DNA of 64,000 nucleotides from Schmidtea nova (Eukaryota): NCBI GenBank assembly GCA_044892505.1, contig CM097882.1, positions 331,514,001 to 331,578,000 of the forward strand, read 5' to 3'. Shown piece by piece: positions 23,291 to 34,166 of this stretch (position 1 is its first letter; each line of letters starts with the position of its first letter). The notes under the pieces were generated by a model. It saw only the letters and a program-made list of their open reading frames with translations, ran no database searches and was not told where the DNA came from. The position numbers and the translations under genes were made by a program.

Positions 23291-23781
23291 AAGATTTTAA
23301 GATTTATTTAAATAAAGATTTATTTTTAAAATACTTTGTGTTTTTATTTGACTTTTTTATTGTTGAGCGTTAAATTCTGATTATTTTGATGTAAAAACTA
23401 TTGAATTATGACCATTTACCCAAATAAGGTTTTTTTCGTGTAAAATTGATCGGATGAGACGAATTTTTCATGTTTTCATTTTTTTATACTTTTTTTCGCC
23501 GTTCAATTTATAGTAGATTGATATAAAAATTATTGAAATCTGAGCATTTTTGATTTTTGGAATTTCCCCGAGTTGACCCTTTTTACGTGTAAAATTTGAT
23601 CGGATGAGTTCAATTTTTCATGTTTTTACTTTTTGACCCTATTTGTTCACCATTCAATTCTCAGTAGATTGGTATAAAAATTATTTGAATCTGAGCATTT
23701 TTGAAAGTTTTGGCAAAAATGTTGAAAACACTAATTAATTTGATATTTTTTGTAAAAGTTTATGGAAAAATAAATAAAATT
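23281..23781 (-). repeat. Right long inverted repeat (putative Maverick TIR)
   Basis: Reverse complement of 1021-1514. Begins where PolB similarity ends. Confidence 0.85.
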
Positions 23782-26710
23782 AATAAATTTCAGTATTACA
23801 GCATAAATTACGTAATATTTATGTTATTATTCAATTTTTAAAAAGCATTATGTAAGTATTGTGTATTACATAACTTATAAAGTGATATGTAATGTTTACG
23901 CAACGATTATATAATGTACGAAGTATAACGTAATCATCATTTAATATGCGAAGAAACATTCAATTATTACGTATTAATTGTAGCACTACGTAAATATTAA
24001 ATGATACATGAAGTAATATGTATTTGTTACACAATGCATAACGTATTGCGTAAGTATTGCATAAAATATGAAGTATTTTGTAAATTTTGGGATGGGTGAG
24101 GATTAACTGTATAAATATAACGTAATATATACAGTCTATGGATAAATGGCTTGTTAGACCACTCACTTTGCCCTACTTTACCCATACTTTACCCAAAATC
24201 TATTTTAGCGAGCATTTCAAGTACTATTTTTATGGGAGAAAATTTAAATCGAAGACAGATCATATAACAATTACGTTTATATTTAAAGATCAAGGGACAA
24301 TCACATTTTAATTTTAAATATGATTTATCAATTAAGTAGCCTAAACATTGAAATGGAATACCGTAAAGGAGAGGTACATTGTAATACCATAATACATGTA
24401 CACTGTCCAAAACTAAACTTGAGATGTACATAAAATGCCAGATAATAATAAGAACTAAAAACAAGACAATTGAAAATAAATATTCTATGCGTCAAGAACG
24501 TGAAAAACTATGACAACATGATTTTTAAAGAAATGGAAAATATCAGAAGACATGTATTAATGGAGAAAGAAAATAAATTTATATAAAGTAATGACATTAT
24601 TTATTTGGGTAAAAGTAACATACGGAAGAATAACACAGTTCATTTTGTACATATATAGTGTATTATGTCATGCTGGAGTAAATAAAGCTCAAAAATATTT
24701 TTCTAGGACATTTGACATAAATTTTATGTCTCTAGAGTATTCTAACAATCGAGAAATAAGTAAAATTAAATATGTAATAGCCAAACTGCACCAATAAATG
24801 AAAGTTCAACACAGTGACAGTACAACACTTAATGATATCCGTATTGTTAATGAAGGTATAAGTAGTATAATAAATGATATAACAGATAGGTTAAATACGT
24901 TAGATTTGCTTTAATATAAAATATTTTAAAATTTATAGTTTTTGATGCTTATCAAAAGAAGTCGATAACAATGATACTATGCAAAATAAGTGACCATAAA
25001 TATATCAGTTTCGAGTTTGAAAATATGCAGAAGAATTCTCGGCTTGAAGCCTTTTCGCCCTGCGGCAATATCAGTAATGAGTTTAAATTTCGAAGAGTTT
25101 TAGCACAACTGTAATGATGAGTCCCAAGAATTAAAAAAATGTCCCGTTTCAGGTTTACAAATGGTCATTCTATACAGTACGTAGAATTAACAAATTTTAA
25201 GCAGAAAAAAGACAATTAGAAGCATAATTGATTCACTGTAAGAAAAGCTAAAATTTATGGTTAAAAGCATAAGCACTAACTACGATGTTAGAAATATGTT
25301 AGTAAAGAGAGAAATAAACTTAAAATTTCCACGGACATGTAACTAGTTCCTGCACAAAGAATATTTGAGTGTTTTTTGACAAGTGTTGATCCAACTCATA
25401 TTTGCCTTTGTTTGCAACTGAAACTAATGTATTATAAATCGTACAAGTCACTCCCGTTTTATAATTTTATTTTGGTTTAAAACATTTATATTTGGTTTGC
25501 AATTATTCTGTAAACAAACACTTACGCTTACTCATTCTGGGCCTAAAAATTTCAAAAATCAAATCCTCGAACTTTAATTAACAAAAAATAATTTTTCTTT
25601 TAACCGGATCAGAGCACAGAGAAAATTAACAAACTTTAACAATACACCTACATATCAACAAGAAAGACATAAACTGTTAGAAAACAAAGTTACATGTTAA
25701 CTAGTCGCGCACTTTTACGCGCAATCACAAAGTTACGAGTCATATTCACAAGTCACATGCTATTTTACCTTTACACACAACAGAAATAGTGTTGCTAATT
25801 TACATTTCAAATTTAGAGAGGAGCTTTATCTTTTGTCCATTATTAAATAATTATTAATTAGCAAAATTTAAAAAAGGACATTCGTATAAATAAAAAAAGG
25901 AGAGAACAAAAATATTTTCTTTAAAAGAGAAAATGTTTTTTTAAATAGACCTATTGACAACCCAAGCTGGTAATTATATGATAAATTGGTACGATTGACC
26001 TATTTTATTAGAAAGTATAAAGTTGTCAAAATTTGGATTATTGTATTTGTATCCTTCTGAAGTTTATGTTAAATAATAATAGTTTACATTAAAATCTTTA
26101 GCATAAAAACTCCTAATAAAATATAACTTCTATTTATTAAAGTTATAAATTACTTTCATTTGAATTATCATAAAATTGAGATTTTGTCTATAAATAAATT
26201 TTAAATGAAAATACAATGTTATTAAGACTATTTACAATTAATCCACCTTGTGTTGTTTTTCTGTTTAGATTTTATCGAAAAGCAGAACATGAAACTCTAA
26301 ATTAAGTAAATAAGTGAATGGTTGATATGTGATATTAATTTTCAATAAAAATCCTTAAAAATTACGTTTTGTTATTTTTTGTACACTTAGAATTTTTTCC
26401 GTTATGCATTGTTTTCTTAGAAAAATAATAAGACTTGAATTAAATGAATATATTGTATTATTGAAACCCGTTACAGTGTTTATTTTTCATTAAATAATAA
26501 TCATTCGGTCTCGTGTACAACTGAAGAAATTTAAAAACCAATTTTAATTTATTTATTACAGTAAATATGAATACATTAATAATATGAATTACCGTCATAA
26601 ATATCCGCCTAATTTAATAAACAAAGTCAAATTAATTTTAAAGTTTTATTTTATTATTCAATCTCGCAAACAATGACATTAATTCAACCCCCATTATATT
26701 CATATAAACT

Positions 26711-27034
26711 CTACTTTAAATATGTCGGAGCACTCTCTCCTGTGATAATTTCGCAAAACCAAACCCCTTCCCCTTTACTCTTTTTGCTTAAATTCATTCC
26801 ATTTCGTCCTCTGATAGTCTCTGACTGTAAATTGAAATTTCCACAACATTCTTCGTATGCACTTGACAAGCCAGAATAAAACATACATTTTGAACAAAAT
26901 CTCAAATACCGATTGCTGGGATCATTGTCTTCCGAACAGCGGCCGAATCTGGCAATTCCTTGAAGATTACATTCCATGCCCCAAAGACAAACACAGATAA
27001 TAAACACACTGAATAGATGGAAAATTAATTTCAT
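26711..27034 (-). CDS. Intronless secreted Cys-rich peptide precursor (107 aa), probable host gene
   Basis: Hydrophobic N-terminus MKLIFHLFSVFIICVCLWG; C, C, CxxC, CC, WFC pattern; uninterrupted ORF; AATAAA on the minus strand near 26650. Confidence 0.7.
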   Translation of the reverse strand: MKLIFHLFSVFIICVCLWGMECNLQGIARFGRCSEDNDPSNRYLRFCSKCMFYSGLSSAYEECCGNFNLQSETIRGRNGMNLSKKSKGEGVWFCEIITGESAPTYLK

Positions 27035-28894
27035 TCTGTTTATTTTCGTCAAAAAATAGATAAAGCGGGATTCTATTAGGAAAAAACGAGAATAAATCGT
27101 TTGATGAACAACCTAAAAACCAACTATAAATGTGCTGGCTTTTATCACTCGGTCAGATAATAAACCGGTGAGTTTGTCAATTCGGGAAACGATAATTCAA
27201 TTGAGCAATTATCCACCTATGAAATCCCATATGATTTCTCTTCGGAGATTAGAATTTTTTATAAAATAAACCAATAACATTTCAAATTCTAAATAAATTA
27301 AAAATGTAAACCGTTAAAAGATTCAAACATGGATAAGAACATTTGAGGAATTTTTTTTGTGAATTTAATTTAGGAAAATATTTTAATTTCTTTGAGTGGG
27401 CTTTAAAAGTACATGAAATTTAATGAATTTAATTGTTTTTAATTATTGTATTTAATAATTTAATTATTGTCACTTTCGCTTGGTTAATAACTTCATTTTA
27501 CAAGTTAACAATTTTTTCCATTTAAATATCTCTTTTTCGAAAAACTTTTTTAATAAATTGAAAAAAATAAATAACTTCTTGAATTACTTTCTAGAACTAA
27601 CATCTAGAATGATATAATTCGTAAGAATAGATTTTATCTATTTGGAGTAGACTTGCCACCTTTTAGAAATACCGTAGGAGGACATTCGACTATTAAAATC
27701 AAAACTTTGATTTAAGATTAATTTTGTTGAGGATACCTAAATAATAAAATTAAATAATATTCGAAAATGGATAAAAATTATTTGGCGAAAATAGGTAAAA
27801 TTAACAGTGTGCTGTTTTAGAATTCTGAGAAGAAGGAATGAGAGGAAGAAATTGAGAAATGAAAAAATAATAGAAAAATAATAAAAATTAAACAATAAAA
27901 ATTAAAAAAATCATTATTAATTAACAAGTACAAAATGTGAACGATGAATTTAAAAATCAAAAAATCTAAATCTAAAATAAAAGATTCATGTTTCGACAGT
28001 TTGTCAGGGATAACGAAAATGCAGCGGGAAGAATAAGAAAAGCAAAAATGGAGGTAATCAAAAAAATTACATATCTTGACAATTGATGGAGATAAAGGAG
28101 GAACCGTGAGGAAAAGATGACACTAACAATACAACAAGTTTATTTTGTTAAAAAACATTTAAAGTCAAAATAAACTAAAAATATGTTCTAGTTATTCATA
28201 AACGTATAAAATTAAAGAAAAATGAAAAATGTACAAAATTAATTAAACATCAACTAAATTTCAAAAAGGATAAAAATCAATATTTTTCACGGAGAAAAGT
28301 GGCAATCGGTGACAAATTGAAATTTTAAAAAAATAAAATAATTATAAATTAAATGGAGTCTTTGGGATGAGTTAGAGCCAAAATACGAATTAGTTAAATA
28401 ATTAATTGATCTCATCAATCATTGTGGAGAAGGAAAATTGCCAGATTGGACAAGCCGAAAAATTATTTGTCGAAGTCATAGGGGAAACTCGTGGCAGATG
28501 AAAAATTAACATGTTAAAAGTAGATGATTTCACGAGTTTTCTTCTTTTCCAACTTTGATTAATGGAATTGGGTTTGTTATTTAAGCTAATTGATTTCAGT
28601 CAAATTCGCTAGATATTTGAAGAAATGAAACTTAGTGGTCAGTCAGATTTTACGTCAATAAAGTGATATACTTTGGATTATAATCCAAAGTAGTAGTAAA
28701 ACAACGTTTATTTACTTGTGTGCATATTTTGTTTAGTATTATTATTATTGTACATATAAAAATAAAAATAAGCATTGTGTAAAAATTAGATTTGATTGAA
28801 CAAAATAAACATCATTTTTGATTTCAGCATATCAGAATTGTTCAGAATCAGTTCTTATATCATAGATACAAAAATACTATTTAAATTAAATACT

Positions 28895-29170
28895 ATGACG
28901 CATCATCTTGTAGCCTGACTCACCCACTATAAGATTTATGACTCATCGCTTCACCGATTAATAATTCCGTCTTGAGCCAAAGAGCACGCTTCTCACTACT
29001 TTACTGTTTTTCTAAAATGTCTTCGTTAAACAGACATAGAAAGATTTTGAAATAAACGTATGACTCATTTCTTTGTGCGGTGACGCATACCATGACTCGT
29101 AGTCTTTGCTTCAATGATTTTGGCCTACTTTATGACTCATATGATGACTCATCACAATACTATGCCTCAT
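28895..29170 (+). promoter_or_regulatory. Homotypic cluster of AP-1-type TGACTCA motifs
   Basis: Perfect TGACTCA at 28916, 28939, 29061, 29133 and 29145, plus near-matches TGACGCA x2, TGACTCG and TGCCTCA, all on one strand. Confidence 0.5.
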
Positions 29171-30108
29171 TGTCTTTGTTTGGTCTATATGGCTCACATC
29201 TATTTTATTTAAATCGAAATCGTGAAGTTTTAATTTATTTGGTCTTTGTTATTATCTTAAGAACTCGAGGAGTCAGAACCAAATTAATTACTACCAAAAC
29301 TCTAATAACCCAAAAAAATAAAACAAAAAAATTACTCTCACTTAATAAGCCACCTAGAAATGTTAATAGCAAATGTAACAATACAAATGGTTCCGTGTTA
29401 TCTAAAACCGGGTTAAATAAAACTAAAAATTTACATGTAATAAAAAAATTATAATAAGAAGTTAAAAATTTAATTATATTTTGAAAAAAATTATTTAACA
29501 TTTAAAATAATTTTAGTTTAACAACCGCGTTAAACGAGGGTTACCTGTATTAAATATATTCTAATTTTTAAAAATACATTTATCTTAACTTTTTGCTAGT
29601 CTAACTATCTGATTATTGTTTTTAATAATATCATAAAATTCCACGCAGGTTTCTTTTTTATTATAATTTATAATTAATTAACTTTTTATCAGTATGGTCA
29701 AACAGTTTCCTCCTACTTTGCTCCGTTTCCCATTCATTGGCGAAATAACTCTTTCCGTAAATTCACTACTAACCGCAATACTAAATAAATATATAATTAC
29801 TTTTATATTATTGTTAACATCTTTAATTTTCCTTAATTTATTAAAGATATTCAAATATTTCTTTTTGACATGAAGCTTTGTCAAATCTATATTTTTTCTA
29901 ATAAGCATATCTCTTCAAATAAACAATCCACGTTTAAATCATTTATTTTTGTTTTTAAATTTAGATCCTCAATAACTTCAATTATACATTCGAATTTGAA
30001 AAACTCTGTATTGTTGGGGTTGATAAATAAGCACAAAATAAAATTAAAAAGCACAAAAACTGTTCAAAATCAAAAAAAAAACGAAAATTAGAAAAATAAT
30101 AATTAAAG

Positions 30109-30784
30109 TGTAAACATTCATTAAAAATTTATAAAAATTCAAAATAAAGATTTAGAAGGGAAACTGGTGTGGGAGGATGCCAAATGATGAGACAAATTCA
30201 GATATGGGTATATAAAATAAAAAGGGACCCCCAGAAAGAAAAATTAAGAAAAAGCAAATTAATTAAAATAATTTATTATCTAATGGGAAACCCGGGGCAT
30301 CAACAAATTCATTAATTAGGAGAAATAATTTGACTAATTGCAGGGCGCCCCAAGGAAACCCAATTAGTGGGAACTACCTGTTCAATTAACTATTTGACAA
30401 ATCAATTAAGACGCGACAGGACTAATCGAAGGATCACTATAAAAGGCAAGCCAGAATTTCTGAGATTGTCATTTGGTCGAAGCCAGTTGGCCTAAGAAAT
30501 TTTAAAGAATTGAGTGGAGAAATTAAAGAAAAAAGGAACCAGAAACGGTAATTAAAAGTTACAGAGTATCGATTGATCAATTTTCTCTGCGTACCAGAAA
30601 GGGAGATCTACCATTGGGTCTTCTACCCTAGCGTAAGAGTGCAGACAAATATTGTAAATTTCTGTGATTTAGATTGTTTTGATTGAATTGAAAAATAAAA
30701 ATTTTTGAGTTGGGTCTAATTTATTTTGTGAACGAAAGAACACCGGAGTCAGATACCAACCGACTATTCATTAATAACCCAACA
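30109..30784 (+). mobile_element. Solo-LTR-like repeat
   Basis: TG...CA ends, ctataaaagg TATA-like box, downstream AATAAA. Shares blocks with 31281-31952 (reverse). No TSD found. Confidence 0.55.
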
Positions 30785-31280
30785 GTATCTAAAAACAAAT
30801 TAATAAGTAAGAAAATAAGCCTTTGCTACAAAAACAATTTTACTAAGTAAGAAAATTGTTTTTTGCAGCAAAGGCTTATTTTCTTACTTATTAATTTATT
30901 TAATACTTAATGCTGCTACAAGGGAATCAATATTTTATACTATCTAAAGACAATTTAGCGATTTTAAAGAGCCCACATTTTTCAGAAAAATCGAATTATC
31001 GATCAATGTGTTTTAAGGTTTTTTAAAAAGTTTAAAAATTTTTTTTTGATTTGGGGTTTAAGGTTTAAATCTTACATTTTTGTAGTAGTTATCGAGCCTC
31101 AAAGGCATAAAATTGTTTTTCTATACTGATATTAAGTTTTGCTTCAAAATCCACAAAAATACGATATTATTCAACAACTGTACACAAATTGTACTCCAAC
31201 TTTTATTTAAATTTCAAATATGTGTTATATAAGTATCATGTAAATTTCAATTTCTGATGATATATGTTGGGTTATTATTC

Positions 31281-31952
31281 TGTTTAAGATCGGTTTACTG
31301 ACCTCACTCCTCGTGTTCTTTAATTATCGAAATCAATGAACCCAACACAACAATTTATTTAACGATCACCACAAATTACAACTTATGTTACGTGCACTTC
31401 AAACCTATTTGCGCTCTCTTCCGGATTCGGATTTGATTCTCTAGTTTTAAAATATTCTCTTCACTTTGTCTCTTTCGAATTCCTCAAGATCTCTCTCTTT
31501 GTTAGTTTTCAGTAATTTTTAATACTTTCTGTTTATAAATCTCAGTTAGTCGGCTCTTCGTTTTCCGGCTCTGCTTTGCGCTGCCTTTTATACCTCTGGC
31601 AAATAACAATTAAGTTTTATCGATAACTAAAAGTTACCCAATCTCGGGCTTAATTGTTTTAATAACAAATTATTGTGATTGCGCTCGGGTGGCTTTTCTC
31701 TAATTGTCCTGCGCAATCTCCCGACTTTGATCTCTCGGGTCTCTCTGCGCTCGGGCTTCCCTCATCGCTCGGGTTTCCCATTGAGCGATTAATTAATTTT
31801 AATTAGTTTGTTTATACTATATAACTTTTTCTGGGACCCTTTACTAAATTTCTATTATTATTTTTGGGTTCGTCTTTTGATTTGGTATTCAGCCATACCC
31901 ATTTCCCCCAATGAATATTAATTTTAAATATTATTAAATTTTATTTGATATC
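31281..31952 (-). mobile_element. Solo-LTR-like repeat related to 30109-30784
   Basis: TG...CA ends; on the minus strand gtatataaaaggc and shared blocks (aaagggtcccagaaa, taattaaaat, aatgggaaaccc). No TSD found. Confidence 0.55.
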
Positions 31953-33331
31953 AGATACTCAGTTAAGTATTCATTAAAAAAGAAGCTAATTTTTAGAGCT
32001 ACATTTTTCATGATCATGATCGCTTTCGTGCGTCCGCAACAATTTATTTTATTAATTTATGAATCAGAAAGTTTTTCAATAATTTTAGGTTATAATCTAA
32101 GGAATCGTATGACAAATTAAGTTTTACATTATGTTAAATATGATATTATGATATTATGTTAAATATATATTGATAAAACTTGATAAAATTATGTGATTGA
32201 TGATGAAATAGGTAATTTTATTTTAAGGTCAAAGATCAAGGTAATTTTAAGGTCAAGGTCAAACTTTTTAAGGTTGAAATTTAAAAATCAAAATCTTTAA
32301 AGAAATCAAAAAAATAGAAAAACTTTAAAAAGTCAAAATTGATATTATTGCTGGGGTTGTCGGTGAAATAAACAATTATCGCAATCGGTCTGACTTCAAG
32401 CGTGTCAATTTAATAAATAATAACACCCGATTTATTACTATCAAGATTTATTTATTACCACAATTACAATTACACGAAAAAGTCACAAACAAAAGAATAG
32501 TGCTTATTAGATCACACAGTAATTTATAGCATAAGAGATTTACTAAACTATTTTTAATTTAACTCCTCGATGTGCTGGTATCAATTGGCTTTGTCGATTT
32601 AATCTTGATTTCCAACTTTATCAAAATACATAAAATTTTTAATTCAAGTTTGTTGTTTTGTTTTCCCGATCCAGTAATTTTCTTTTATAGTCGTTTCCGT
32701 ATGCACTTGATACCACTTGTTGTTTTGATTCCCACAATTCGATAAAACTTGCGATTTCAGTAATAAGAAAAATAAATCTTCCTCCTTATCTGACAAACTG
32801 TTAGAGATAAGGAATTCTTCTGTTTTTGTTTTTGCTATTTTATGTACTTATTAATTAATAATTTTGCCTCATCTATTTTTAAAATTTCTTTTTAATTAAT
32901 TAATTAGTTTTTCCTTTTGATTTTTATTCTCATCCTCAACAACATCAACATTTATTAAAATACAAGTTTTTACACTACCTACGCTAACATAGCACCGTTT
33001 ATTCTTCAAATCGGTGTCATAATATCTTTGGAATCGATTTTTTATCCTTGGATTGTAATATTAATGAACCAGTTTTCGTTATCTTTATATTCTAGTGTTT
33101 GAAAGGCATTATGAAAACGCGTTTTGCGATTGTTGAAAGAATATTGTCGTTGCAAGTCAAATTTTATTCGTTTTCTTCAAAACTAAATTGACACTAACAA
33201 CATCTTGTTTACATAATTTTATAATCAAATTTGGATATTGCGACTTCACTAACTTTTATTTCAATTTCCTTTTCCAAAAAAACATTTGATGTTCATGAAA
33301 TATATTACTTCCGACTTATTTTTAATATCTA

Positions 33332-33720
33332 TTAATGCATTTCCATCATATGAAAGTAAGTTAATAGATAATCCCGGGTTAATGACTTTAAAATTCGGTA
33401 TATTTGAAAGACGCCTAGACATATTAGAAATATTAAATTTAAAGTCTGAAAGATTATAAGATGAAGGTGTATTTCGATTGCCACTAACATCGTTAATATA
33501 GCTGAAATGCTATAAAGAAAACATAAATTATAGTTATTAATAACATTTACAATACAAGATTTATTTTTCAAAGATTTTGGTGTTTCAATAAATTTACGTC
33601 AGTCAAATTTGTTATTTCTGAGAATTTGAAACTATAAAGCTAATTATGGTCCAATTACTTCTCTTTTCGTTAACTTTAATTATTTTCCAATTTTAAAAAA
33701 ATATCTTCATCTAAGAAGGT
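33332..33720 (-). pseudogene. pPolB N-terminal fragment
   Basis: FIETPKSLKNKSCIVNVINNYNLCFLYSISAIL...NPGLSINLLSYDGNAL parallels HINTPISLLPKHCVVNVVNSDDLCFIYSILAIL...NPGLSINVLSYDEDAL at 20345. Confidence 0.85.
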
Positions 33721-34036
33721 CTCACTTAAGGGTTTGGCTGAATTCAGAATAACGAATGAATAAAATTCTTTATGCTTTTTTGTATTCTACCTTCAAGCAA
33801 AATTGAAATTTAGNNNNNNNNNNNNNNNNNNNNNNNNNNNNNNNNNNNNNNNNNNNNNNNNNNNNNNNNNNNNNNNNNNNNNNNNNNNNNNNNNNNNNNN
33901 NNNNNNNNNNNNNNNNNNNNNNNNNNNNNNNNNNNNNNNNNNNNNNNNNNNNNNNNNNNNNCACCTTTGATCTTTTTTTATTATTATTATCAATAATTCT
34001 CATAATGACTATAGATCAAATTTTTTTTTTATAAAC

Positions 34037-34078
34037 AATAACACAATATTTCGGCACAGCCTTTATCAAGTGTGTATT
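34037..34078 (-). ncRNA. Minimal type I hammerhead ribozyme, U3-A8 core variant
   Basis: Minus strand ACAC-TTGATAA-A-GGC tgt GCC-GAAA-TA-TT-GTGT. Stem I ACAC/GTGT, stem II GGC/GCC, palindromic AATATT stem III. Confidence 0.7.
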
Positions 34079-34166
34079 TCTATCGTTATATTTACTTAAT
34101 CCTAAATAGTAGCCTTAATTATTTTTTAATATTTTATAATGATTTTATTGGATGAAAAAATTTATT

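Larger units (their letters stand above)
1021..23781. mobile_element. Degenerate Maverick/Polinton (adintovirus-like) endogenous element
   Basis: Cluster of integrase, A32/FtsK-like ATPase, penton, hexon-like capsid, adenain protease and pPolB remnants, flanked by ~500 bp inverted repeats. Most ORFs have stops or frameshifts. No terminal TSD seen. Confidence 0.93.

Noticed and set aside
32220-32270. aaggtcaaggtca nuclear-receptor-like half-site repeats
   Set aside because: Only a few copies, no defined promoter context. May mark the end region of relic 2 but cannot be supported.
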